A DNA stretch of 64,000 nt from NCBI GenBank assembly GCA_029262065.1, contig JAJDAC010000031.1, positions 1 to 64,000 of the forward strand. The letters run 5' to 3'. Made by a program: the position numbers and the translations under genes. How positions within the stretch are numbered: position 1 is the first letter of the stretch; the number at the start of each line of letters is the position of its first letter. Below are positions 24,601 to 33,077 of this stretch, one piece after another. The stretch comes from Candidatus Krumholzibacteriota bacterium. Lineage in GTDB: Bacteria; Krumholzibacteriota; Krumholzibacteriia; JAJRXK01. The notes beneath the pieces were generated by a model. That model was not told the origin of the DNA. It ran no database searches and saw only the letters and a program-made list of their open reading frames with translations.

Positions 24601-25788
24601 ATGGCTGAATCCCTGCGTTCGCAATTGCAACGTTCCCTGGCCGAGGGCCGGGGTGTCTTGTTTGCCGAACCCAATCTGGTGTATCGCAACACCTACACCG
24701 GCCGCGGCTTGTTGGGAAAGAACCAGCGATTGGGAGAGGGCGACGCCGACGATCGCGGATACGTGCCGGTGGAATGGTGGATCATGTCGGCGGCCGAAGC
24801 CGACAACCCGGTGCCCCGCGCGGGCGAGGGGATTTCCAAGCTCAGGCTAGCGGCGTCGGTGGCCGGCCTCGATGAGCTTGGGACCGCCGCGGGTGATCTA
24901 CTGTTCGGTTCGGCTCAGACGCGGTGGCCGCTGATCAAGCTCCTGGACATCGGTGGGCCTCGTGTGCGCGGCGACTTCTCCGACCGCGACGAGACGCCTC
25001 CCATTCCGCCGCACGTGCATTCCGGAGCGATCGTGGATGGGAAGGCCCAGGGTCCGGGGAAACTCGAGGCGTACTTCTTTCCTCCGGTGGCGCAGCCGGA
25101 TCTGGCCCAGGAACTCCAGGGGACCATCACGCGGCTGGGTCTGCGGCCGGATGTCACGTTGCAACAGTTCGAGCAGGCCCTGAGCGAGTTCGGGCAGGGG
25201 GACGCGATGTACTCGTTGCTCCAGGAGTATCCCATTCGGCCCTACGACGGCTGGACGATTCCGCCCAAGGTCGTCCATGCGCCAGGTCCGTGGCCCACGC
25301 TCGAGGTGCAGTTGCCGCAGGACGACTTCAACCTGGCTGGTTGGCACCTGGGAAAGCGTATTGCTTCCGAGCAACTCGACGCGGAGCGGGAGTCACTATG
25401 TCTGCGCGGGCTCCACCGGCCGGCCGATTTCGCCGCTGAACTCGTAAATTGGCCCGTGTCGGCCGCGTCGGATTTTCGTGAGCGACACTACCGGGCGGCC
25501 GAGGTGGTGGAGGAATCCCAAGGGGCACGGCGCCTGCGCATCTTCTTCGACCCGTTTCACGGCGAGGCCTGGGAGGTCGAGCCCAGCGCGAGTCTGCAAG
25601 TTGGCGAGCGCGACGAACCGTACTGCGCGTTCGTATGGGATGGTCAGGGTGAACTCGACGCGGGCCGAAGCGTCGATACGCAGATCAACCGGGAGTTTCT
25701 GGTTACCCCGGACACGCCGGTTTCCGTGCTCAACACCGGATCAGGTACGCTGACGGTATTCACCGTCGGCGCGATGTCTGCGAGCTAG
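24601..25788 (+). CDS. Hypothetical protein, possibly a type I phosphomannose-isomerase-like cupin sugar-phosphate isomerase.
   Basis: 395 aa, the same length class as ManA. Weak recall-based similarity to ManA blocks (VEWWIMSAAEADNP ~ ELWMGAHP; WPLIKLLDI...PPHVHSG ~ LPFLFKVL...IQVHPNK; C-terminal LTVFTV). Not verified. Confidence 0.35.
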   Translation: MAESLRSQLQRSLAEGRGVLFAEPNLVYRNTYTGRGLLGKNQRLGEGDADDRGYVPVEWWIMSAAEADNPVPRAGEGISKLRLAASVAGLDELGTAAGDLLFGSAQTRWPLIKLLDIGGPRVRGDFSDRDETPPIPPHVHSGAIVDGKAQGPGKLEAYFFPPVAQPDLAQELQGTITRLGLRPDVTLQQFEQALSEFGQGDAMYSLLQEYPIRPYDGWTIPPKVVHAPGPWPTLEVQLPQDDFNLAGWHLGKRIASEQLDAERESLCLRGLHRPADFAAELVNWPVSAASDFRERHYRAAEVVEESQGARRLRIFFDPFHGEAWEVEPSASLQVGERDEPYCAFVWDGQGELDAGRSVDTQINREFLVTPDTPVSVLNTGSGTLTVFTVGAMSAS

Positions 25789-25789
25789 G

Positions 25790-26377
25790 TCAGGACAGCT
25801 CCCGGAACAACCAGGCGCGTGAGTACTGCCAGTGGCGCTCGACGGTGCGCAGCGACGTATCGATCACCGCCGCGACCTCTTCATTGGTAAGCCCGCCAAA
25901 AAACCGCAGCTCCACCACCTTGGCTTTGGTGGGATCTTCCTGCGCCAAGCGGTCGAGCGCATCCTCCATATCGAGCAGGTCGATGGGTCGATTCCCGTCG
26001 GCCACTTCCAGGCCCGAGGTCAGAGATAGGTGGGGCGCACCGCCGCCGCGCTTGTCGCGGGCGCGGTGGCGCGCATGATCCACGAGCACGCGTCGTATGG
26101 CCTGCGCGGCCACGGCCATGAAATGGGCACGATTCTGCCAATCCACCCGGGTTTGGCCCACGAGTTTCAGGTACGCCTCGTTGACCAGGGCGGTGGCCTG
26201 CAGCGTATGGTCGGCCCGTTCGCCTCCCAACTGGTGTTGGGCCAGGCGCCGCAATTCGTCGTACACCAGGGGAAACAGGGCCTCAACCGCACCTGGGCCA
26301 CGACTCTCTATTTCGCCCAGCAGGCGCGTGACGGCGCCCGCGTTGGACTCGGGCTGGGGGTCTCGATTCGGCGTCAT
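25790..26377 (-). CDS. ECF sigma factor (TIGR02999-like, orphan, no adjacent anti-sigma).
   Basis: VTRLLGEIESRGPGAVEALFPLVYDELRRLAQHQL...ATALVNEAYLKLVG (region 2) and VVELRFFGGLTNEEVAAVIDTSLRTVERHWQYSRAWL (region 4). Confidence 0.8.
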   Translation of the reverse strand: MTPNRDPQPESNAGAVTRLLGEIESRGPGAVEALFPLVYDELRRLAQHQLGGERADHTLQATALVNEAYLKLVGQTRVDWQNRAHFMAVAAQAIRRVLVDHARHRARDKRGGGAPHLSLTSGLEVADGNRPIDLLDMEDALDRLAQEDPTKAKVVELRFFGGLTNEEVAAVIDTSLRTVERHWQYSRAWLFRELS

Positions 26378-26507
26378 GGATCCAGTATACCACGCAAAAT
26401 CAGTCAGTTGGCTAGCTCAGCCTGGAACCGGCCAGGGCGCCGTCTTGAGTCCGGCGACCAAAGAATGAACCCCGGGACCTCGCTCTGCGTCCTGTATCTT
26501 GAGCGAT

Positions 26508-27077
26508 ATGGAAGACGCAGAACTCGTACACCGTTGCCGGGCCGGAGATGAACTGGCCTGGGAGGTCCTGATACGGAGGTATCAGGGCCGGATCTACGCG
26601 CTTGCGTACCACTACGTGCGACACGCCGAGGAAGCCCGGGATTTGACACAGGACATATTCGTGAGGATCTACCGCGGTCTACCGCGCTTCCAGAAGTCCG
26701 AGAGTTTCGTGCCCTGGATGCTGAGGATCGCGCGCACCGCGGCCATCGATCATCTGCGGCGCCGCAAGGCGCGACCCCCCGCCGACGATATTCCGGTGGA
26801 GGACATGTACGGGTTGGCCGACGACGGCCCAGGTCCCGACGACCAACTGGAGGCGCTTTCGTGCAAACAGCTGGTGCATCGGGCGCTGAAATCGCTGACC
26901 GAGGCCCACCGTGAAGTGATCCTGTTGAAGGACATCCAGGGTCTGAGCCTCGAGGAGATATCTGGAATCCTCGACGTGCCGGTGGGCACGGTGAAATCGC
27001 GTTCGAACCGCGCTCGTTTGGAGCTGGCGCGCGAGGTGTTGAGTCTGCAAGACGGTATGGAAGGAGAGATGGCGTGA
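26508..27077 (+). CDS. ECF sigma factor (RpoE-like).
   Basis: AELVHRCRAGDELAWEVLIRRYQGRIYALAYHYVRHAEEARDLTQDIFVRIYRGL...ILLKDIQGLSLEEISGILDVPVGTVKSRSNRAR. First ATG at 26508; the track uses TTG 26499. Confidence 0.85.
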   Translation: MEDAELVHRCRAGDELAWEVLIRRYQGRIYALAYHYVRHAEEARDLTQDIFVRIYRGLPRFQKSESFVPWMLRIARTAAIDHLRRRKARPPADDIPVEDMYGLADDGPGPDDQLEALSCKQLVHRALKSLTEAHREVILLKDIQGLSLEEISGILDVPVGTVKSRSNRARLELAREVLSLQDGMEGEMA

Positions 27078-27982
27078 GCTGCGAACACTTCGAACAGAAC
27101 ATCCACGCGTATCTCGCCCAATCGCTGGGACCAGCCGAGCAGAGCGGGTTGCAGGCGCACCTGAGCGAGTGTGTCCACTGCGTCGCGTTGGTCAGGATTT
27201 TCGCGACGAAGGATGAGCCTTCGGTCGATGCGGATCTTACCACGGCCATCCTGCGTCAGACATCGGGCACGGTGTGCACGAGTGCACGGGATCGCCTACC
27301 CGATCTGGTCGACGGTCGACTCCAAGCCGACGAAGCCGGAATGGTCGAAAACCACGCCCAGGCTTGCGACTCGTGTCGCGCGGTGCTGGTCACGCTCGAG
27401 GAAATGGTTCCGGCGCTGCAGTCCATGGCGCAGATCGAGCCCGATACGGTGTTGGTCGAAGATGTGGTACACGCCACCACGCGGCAGATGGGTAGCGGGT
27501 GGTTGGAGGTCAGGGTCGCATTGGTCGCTTCCGCATGGCGGCGGCTCTTGGCGCGACCGCGGTTCGCCTACGAGGCTGGCTATGGCTTCACGGTCGCGAT
27601 CGTACTGCTCATGGCGTTGCCGGTATCGCCTCTTCGTCACGTGCCGATCGATGGACTGGCCGTGTTGCGCGGAGAGGCCTCGCTCGAGGAGAAGAGCGAC
27701 CTATGGCGCAGGCTGCGCCCGGTACGGGGCCTGGGAGCCCGCGCGTTGCACAAGGGGGGCGATCTGGGGACGGGTGTGTCGACGGAAGTGGCGAGTCGTC
27801 GACTGCAGATGGGACGGGTGTGGCCTCGCATGGGGAACAACGCGAATCGTCTGGGCGCAGCCATGTTGGGGATGGAAGTCGAAACCATACCGGTGGCGCT
27901 GGATGCGCTGGGGTGTGACCTGAGATTGTTGTGGGACGGTTTGCACAAGCGGCTGCCGGCCGAAGGAGATCTGGAATGTTGA
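27074..27982 (+). CDS. Anti-sigma factor (zf-HC2-like), single-pass membrane protein.
   Basis: The GTG start overlaps the sigma stop (GTGA). N-terminal CEHFEQNIHAYLAQSL...HLSECVHC, with a second HAQACDSCRAV motif. TM segment FTVAIVLLMALPVSPL. Confidence 0.6.
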   Translation: MSCEHFEQNIHAYLAQSLGPAEQSGLQAHLSECVHCVALVRIFATKDEPSVDADLTTAILRQTSGTVCTSARDRLPDLVDGRLQADEAGMVENHAQACDSCRAVLVTLEEMVPALQSMAQIEPDTVLVEDVVHATTRQMGSGWLEVRVALVASAWRRLLARPRFAYEAGYGFTVAIVLLMALPVSPLRHVPIDGLAVLRGEASLEEKSDLWRRLRPVRGLGARALHKGGDLGTGVSTEVASRRLQMGRVWPRMGNNANRLGAAMLGMEVETIPVALDALGCDLRLLWDGLHKRLPAEGDLEC

Positions 27983-28018
27983 TAGAGGGAATCGAAGGAT
28001 TCATGGGAGGAGGTCGTG

Positions 28019-28606
28019 ATGAATGATGAAGCGAAATACCACGAGGGAAGCGGTGAGCCGGCCCGGCCGCCCGGAGACGGTGCGAGCGAAACGCCGTACG
28101 GCGGAGGTGCGGGGCCGGTACCGCCCTACGAGGGTCAGGGCGAGCGGTGGAGATTGCCGCGCGGTGGCGGCAAGTCACCCACGGTGGCGGGCATCCTATC
28201 GTTCATGCCGGGGCTGGGTCAGATCTACGTGGGCTACTACACGCGGGGGTTCCTGCACATCGCCATCGTCGCCGCGGTCATCACGCTCTTGGCGAGCGAC
28301 GGCGTGCGTGGCATGGAACCCTTCTTCGGGCTGTTCCTGGCTTTCTTCTGGTTGTACAACGTGATCGATGCGGCGCGACGGGCCAGCGCCTACAACCGTC
28401 TGATGGCTACCGGCCGCGGCGGCGAGGAGCTCCCGGATCTGCCCGACGAACTCGGTAGCCGGACCGCGGGCGGGATTCTGGTGGCGCTGGGTGTGGTGTT
28501 GCTGGGACACACGCGCTTCGATTTCGACTTGTACTGGCTCGAAGACTGGTGGCCGGCGGGTCTCATTCTACTGGGCGCTTATATCCTGCGCCGGGGTCGC
28601 AAATAG
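28019..28606 (+). CDS. Membrane protein with a TM2-like domain.
   Basis: GGGAGGAGG SD. The N-terminus is Gly/Pro-rich and disordered. Then KSPTVAGILSFMPGLGQIYVGYYTRGFLHIAIVAAVITLL, a TM2-like pattern, plus a second helical hairpin near the C-terminus. Confidence 0.45.
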   Translation: MNDEAKYHEGSGEPARPPGDGASETPYGGGAGPVPPYEGQGERWRLPRGGGKSPTVAGILSFMPGLGQIYVGYYTRGFLHIAIVAAVITLLASDGVRGMEPFFGLFLAFFWLYNVIDAARRASAYNRLMATGRGGEELPDLPDELGSRTAGGILVALGVVLLGHTRFDFDLYWLEDWWPAGLILLGAYILRRGRK

Positions 28607-28639
28607 CCGAGCCGCCAGGACGCGTCGGTTTCTGAAGCG

Positions 28640-30886
28640 TCAAGACGCGGGGTCGTTGCCCTGCTCACGCCGCAGCTCGGCCAGGTTCAACTGGATCGAC
28701 TCGTGCGACTGGAGCAGGCGGTCGACGACCTCGCGACCGGCCGGGGCGGCCGGTTTGGGGGGGCGACCCTCTTCCAGGAAAGGCCACAGTGTCTTTCGCA
28801 CCGCCGACGGTAGCACGTGCTCCAGGTATTCCAGGGCCGTGCCCTTCAGGTTCTGGTCGTCGGTAAGTAGTCCCTTGTAGGCCACCAGCACCGCGGTTCG
28901 CGGTAACACCAACGCCAACAACGTAAACACGTGCTCCAGGCTTCGAGTCGAGCGTTCGCGGACCGTGTCGTCCAGAAACGGATCGTCCGAATCGACGGTG
29001 GGGTCGAGCCCATCGAGCAGACGTTGGCTGGTCCAGACGGCGCGATCGACCCGGGCCTCGTGCATGACGCGGCTGAAGATGATCTCTTCATCGAAGATCA
29101 GCGAGTCGTGTTTGCGTCGCAGTCGCAGCAATGCGCGTCCACATTGATAGCGCACCTCGAAACGACGGTCGGTCAACGCTGCCACCAGACCGTCAACCAC
29201 GCGTTGTTCACCGATCGATCCCAGGACGCGGGGGATCCGGCGACGCGTGGAGAACTCCTGGTCAGGATCGAGTAGAGCGTCCACCAACTGCCCCGCCGCT
29301 CGAGACTTGGTGAGACGCAGGGAGCGGGAGGCGTGACCGGCAATTTCGTCCCAGGCCAGGAGCGGTATGATGTGCCCCACGAGCTCGGGTTCGGGGGCGT
29401 GGTGCAGTTCGAGCGCCCGATAGGTGCGCCGCGCGTCTCCGCTACGCAGATCGGCCACCCGGGCCAGCAGGGCGTCGTCGGTAGGGGTGATCGCCGCTGG
29501 CGCCGACGAGGACGCTGCGGAGCTGCGTTGGGCCGCGCCGGAGCGCTTCAGCGCGGCCGACAGATCGCTCGCGTCGAACGACGTGAGCGTCTGCATCACC
29601 ATGGACTTTGTGGTCAGATCGGAAAGGTCGGTGGGATCCAGTTCGATCTCGCGCGCGCGCAGACTCTTTTCCAGCGCAACGGTGTAGCCGCCGTGAAGCC
29701 GCCAGGCGATGAACAGTCCGATCACTCCCAGGGCCGCGGCGGTGGCGCCCATCAGGGGCATCGCGATCGCCGGCGCGGCGAACAGCAAGAGACGAATGAG
29801 CGCGCCGCCCAGGGCATCGCCCAGGCGGTCGCAACCCACGTCGATGAAGCTCTTGGCGGCGCGTTTGCGGTCGGGCGTGAGCGGCGTGTACAGCGGTTCG
29901 TAGGCCGAGCGAAACAAAGAAGACCGCATTACGGACTCGCCACCGCGGGCCAACAGACCGCTGGCCAGGCCCGGCACCGCCCAGGTTGCAATTCCCCCCA
30001 GGAAAATCGCGGCGGGCAACGACGATACCGTGCGAGCCAGTCCCAGTCGTTCGAGGAACCACCGGCTGGCCGTGGATTGCACGATGAACGTCAGCAGGCT
30101 CGCACCGGTGTAGAACGCGGCGAAGAACCGAACCAATGTTGCGCTATCGGTCACGCGGGCGGCGGCCTGCGCCTTGAACAGGTAGTCCAGGAACGCCGCG
30201 CCCATGGTGGCCGTGAGTACGAGGAGCGCCAGGTCACGCAGGTACGGTACGCGTCCTATTTCACGTAGCCCTGCTCGTACTCCTCCGGTGCCGGTCTGAG
30301 CCTGGGACCCGACGGGCGCGAGGTTCAGAAAGCGGACGATGCCCACCGCGCATACGACGTGCAAGGCTGCGAGCAGGGGCAGCATGGAATGCACACTCAG
30401 CGTGTTCGCCAGGCGCTCCGCCGCCAACCCCCCGGCCAGGCCTCCCAGCGTGGCGCCCATGGCGATACGGCTCATTCGCTTACGCGCGGTCCGGGGGTCG
30501 AAGGCTTCGTTCGTCATGGACCAGAAAGCGGAGACAAGAACGGCGCCGAACGATGCCACGTGCAGATAGAAAAGCACGGCGGTGACGCGGGGCGCGGCGT
30601 CGCCGGTGGCCCATAGCGTCAGCAGCAATCCAGCGCTGACGGCGAATGCGCGCGGGACAAACCAGGCGGGTCCCCGCCGCGATAGGATCCGCGCCGATCC
30701 CAACAGCATGACGATGGAAACCAACGATGCGGCCACGATCATGGCGGGAAGCGCCGAAATATCGAAGTTGGACAGGAACATCGCGTCGCGCACGGCCTTG
30801 GCGCCCACTTGATGAGCGATCATCGTGGCCGCGGCGCCGGCGGCGGCCCACGCGGCCCTATTCGAGGATGCTGTCGATGCATTCAC
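28640..30886 (-). CDS. MFS/TLC-type 12-TM transporter fused to a C-terminal HEAT-repeat domain.
   Basis: 748 aa. The first ~430 aa are polytopic. The C-terminal ~300 aa contain PBS-lyase/HEAT-like repeats (RIPRVLGSIGEQRVVDGLVAALTDRRFEVRYQCGRALLRL). Confidence 0.6.
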   Translation of the reverse strand: MNASTASSNRAAWAAAGAAATMIAHQVGAKAVRDAMFLSNFDISALPAMIVAASLVSIVMLLGSARILSRRGPAWFVPRAFAVSAGLLLTLWATGDAAPRVTAVLFYLHVASFGAVLVSAFWSMTNEAFDPRTARKRMSRIAMGATLGGLAGGLAAERLANTLSVHSMLPLLAALHVVCAVGIVRFLNLAPVGSQAQTGTGGVRAGLREIGRVPYLRDLALLVLTATMGAAFLDYLFKAQAAARVTDSATLVRFFAAFYTGASLLTFIVQSTASRWFLERLGLARTVSSLPAAIFLGGIATWAVPGLASGLLARGGESVMRSSLFRSAYEPLYTPLTPDRKRAAKSFIDVGCDRLGDALGGALIRLLLFAAPAIAMPLMGATAAALGVIGLFIAWRLHGGYTVALEKSLRAREIELDPTDLSDLTTKSMVMQTLTSFDASDLSAALKRSGAAQRSSAASSSAPAAITPTDDALLARVADLRSGDARRTYRALELHHAPEPELVGHIIPLLAWDEIAGHASRSLRLTKSRAAGQLVDALLDPDQEFSTRRRIPRVLGSIGEQRVVDGLVAALTDRRFEVRYQCGRALLRLRRKHDSLIFDEEIIFSRVMHEARVDRAVWTSQRLLDGLDPTVDSDDPFLDDTVRERSTRSLEHVFTLLALVLPRTAVLVAYKGLLTDDQNLKGTALEYLEHVLPSAVRKTLWPFLEEGRPPKPAAPAGREVVDRLLQSHESIQLNLAELRREQGNDPAS

Positions 30887-31054
30887 CTGGGGATCTCCGC
30901 CTGACCGAGGTTGCGCGAATCATGGCGCAAACCGCCGTCGGTTGACAACCGCTGGCATGCCATTACCCTGATACGGTCCTACCCGTTGCATATTCCAACC
31001 TTCCATCGTTGCACGCGGCTTCGGGGGCAGGTTGGATGTCCCGCGAAAGACGTC

Positions 31055-32035
31055 ATGGCTTCCGGCCCACGCGCCCGCTCGATTCCCCTGCTCGATCTGC
31101 ATCCGGCCCCCGATGATTTTCTGGGTGAAGTGATCGAGGGCTTGCAAACCACTCCCAAAACGCTTCCATGCAAGTACTTCTACGATCGGGAGGGGTCGCT
31201 TCTGTTCGATCAGATCACCCAACTCGATGAGTACTACCCAACGCGCACCGAAGTGGCGATTCTCACCGAAAACATGGCGGCGATCGCCCGACACATCGGT
31301 CCACGCGCCCGGGTCGTCGAGTACGGTAGCGGCAACGGAAGCAAGACGCATCTCTTGTTGGATCATCTCGATCAACCCACCGCCTACGTCCCGGTCGAGA
31401 TCTCACGCCGTCATCTGCTCGAAAGCGCGCAGCAACTTCAGGCGTCGTTTCCCCGCATCGAAGTACTGCCGGTCTGTGCCGACTTCACGCAGGCTATCAA
31501 GTTGCCCCAGCCGCGGGGCGCCTTCGAACGCACCGTGGTGTTCTTTCCGGGGTCGACCATTGGCAATTTTGCCAAAGGCGAAGCCGTGGACTTGATGCGC
31601 CGGATGGGCGCCGTGGTCGGTGTCGGTGGGGGCCTCTTGATTGGCGTGGATCTACAGAAGGATCGCACTATTCTCGAGCGCGCCTACAACGATGCCTCCG
31701 ACGTTACGGCACGGTTCAATCTGAACCTGCTGCAGCGGATCAATCGCGAGTTGGGGGCGAACTTCGATGCCAAGGGATTTCGCCATGAGGCGATCTACGA
31801 CGACAAGGCTGGGCGTATCGAAATGCACCTGATCAGCAAAACCGATCAAACGGTGACGATCGGGCAGTCTTCGTTCGAATTCGCAAAGCACGAAGTCATC
31901 CACACCGAGTCGTCCCACAAGTATACGCCCGAGGGGTTTGACGAACTCTCGCGTGAAGCCGGTTTTGAACCTACTGTCATGTGGACCGATCCCAACTCGT
32001 TGTTCAGCGTGCGGTACTGTCAACGCGCCCGTTGA
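31055..32035 (+). CDS. egtD: L-histidine N-alpha-methyltransferase-like SAM-dependent methyltransferase (EgtD family).
   Basis: LPCKYFYDREGSLLFDQITQLDEYYPTRTEVAIL, EYGSGNGSKTHLLL and FFPGSTIGNF are hallmark EgtD/Methyltransf_33 blocks. The real ATG is 31055; the track ORF start at 30911 is an upstream extension. Confidence 0.7.
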   Translation: MASGPRARSIPLLDLHPAPDDFLGEVIEGLQTTPKTLPCKYFYDREGSLLFDQITQLDEYYPTRTEVAILTENMAAIARHIGPRARVVEYGSGNGSKTHLLLDHLDQPTAYVPVEISRRHLLESAQQLQASFPRIEVLPVCADFTQAIKLPQPRGAFERTVVFFPGSTIGNFAKGEAVDLMRRMGAVVGVGGGLLIGVDLQKDRTILERAYNDASDVTARFNLNLLQRINRELGANFDAKGFRHEAIYDDKAGRIEMHLISKTDQTVTIGQSSFEFAKHEVIHTESSHKYTPEGFDELSREAGFEPTVMWTDPNSLFSVRYCQRAR

Positions 32036-32946
32036 TCGCCGTCCACTTTCAGTTTCGCCCGAATGAAATGATGGTGGGATAGCAGCAGTCCCTGGCTGAT
32101 GCGGCGGATCTCGTTCATCTCGGATTCGGAGGCTTCGCCGTCGGCCGTGGCTACCTGGAACAGCACGTCCAGGAATGCGATGCGTTGGGCTTCGTTGGTC
32201 TGGCCAAACAATTGTCGAACCAGGCCGTACACGTCGAGTTCATGCGACATTTCGGTCACCGCCACGTTCGTCATGATCGTGGCCCAACGTTCGTCCAGGT
32301 CCCACGTTTCCTGTAGCGTTCGCTGGATGGTCTGGATTTCCCCCAGGGTGACCACGTCGTCCACGTGCGCAACACGCGCCATGAGCGCGCCGGCCAACGC
32401 CATGCGGGACACCAGGCGTTCGTCGATCTCTTCGGGGGCCAGGCGCAACCGCTCGGTCATGGCTTGTACCATGCGTCCGCGCACGTCGAGCTCCAGCTTC
32501 TTCTCCTGCTGAAAGAAACCGCGCAACGTCTGGGTGCGTTCGCGCAGGGGGCGCGAGATCCATCGTCCCAGGTTGGCCAGGGTTCTCTCGTCCTCGGCCT
32601 CGACCGATTGAAGGATATCGTGAAGCACGGATATCTCAGAGCGGCCGAGCCCAGCGTCGCTGTTCCTCAGTTCGGATAGCGCGGTCTGTACGGACTGTCG
32701 ATCCTCGTCGTCGTTGATGGCCGCGTGCAGCGCACGCACGCGCTCCCCGCGTTCGTCCTCGCCCACGGGTTCCTTTCGCGACAGGTCCGATTGCAGCGCT
32801 TCCCACGTCGCCGCGCTCATGTTGGGCAGGCGAAAAATGAAATCGAACAGCCCCTCGCGTTCATCGGACGTGAGCTTTCCGTCGGCCCAGGCCGCGGCCA
32901 CGAGGGCCCGTCCCAGGCAGAGATTGAGTTGATCCGGTGATTTCAT
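32020..32946 (-). CDS. TerB-family protein with tandem TerB domains.
   Basis: LVAAAWADGKLTSDEREGLFDFI and a second LVSRMALAGALMARVAHVDDVVTLGE...FLDVLFQVATADGEASESEMNEIRRI resemble TerB/DjlA-N domains. Its 3' end overlaps the egtD-like 3' end by 16 nt (convergent). Confidence 0.6.
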   Translation of the reverse strand: MKSPDQLNLCLGRALVAAAWADGKLTSDEREGLFDFIFRLPNMSAATWEALQSDLSRKEPVGEDERGERVRALHAAINDDEDRQSVQTALSELRNSDAGLGRSEISVLHDILQSVEAEDERTLANLGRWISRPLRERTQTLRGFFQQEKKLELDVRGRMVQAMTERLRLAPEEIDERLVSRMALAGALMARVAHVDDVVTLGEIQTIQRTLQETWDLDERWATIMTNVAVTEMSHELDVYGLVRQLFGQTNEAQRIAFLDVLFQVATADGEASESEMNEIRRISQGLLLSHHHFIRAKLKVDGDQRAR

Positions 32947-33077
32947 CCGTTTTCGGCTCTCTTTCCGTTGTTTGAGCGAGGCCAGCGCCTGGCGGCGTTC
33001 AAATCGCCAAGCGGAAAATTAAGGGAAGAAGGGCTATACTGACAGCCCCCCGGTTACAGAACCTAGGAGTTTCCGGC

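Noticed and set aside
23577-24692. 371-aa minus-strand ORF.
   Set aside because: It is the mirror frame of the DUF89 gene. The composition is biased (G/V/R/H/D-rich), with no recognisable motifs and no sensible start context. The plus-strand frame has conserved DUF89 features and is coupled to hldE.
26395-26498. tRNA-like fragment (GGCTAGCTCAGCCTGG resembles an acceptor/D-arm) in the divergent ECF-sigma intergenic region.
   Set aside because: There is no T-loop (GTTCRANNC) or a consistent anticodon stem-loop on either strand. It is probably a chance resemblance, and the region is more likely a promoter.
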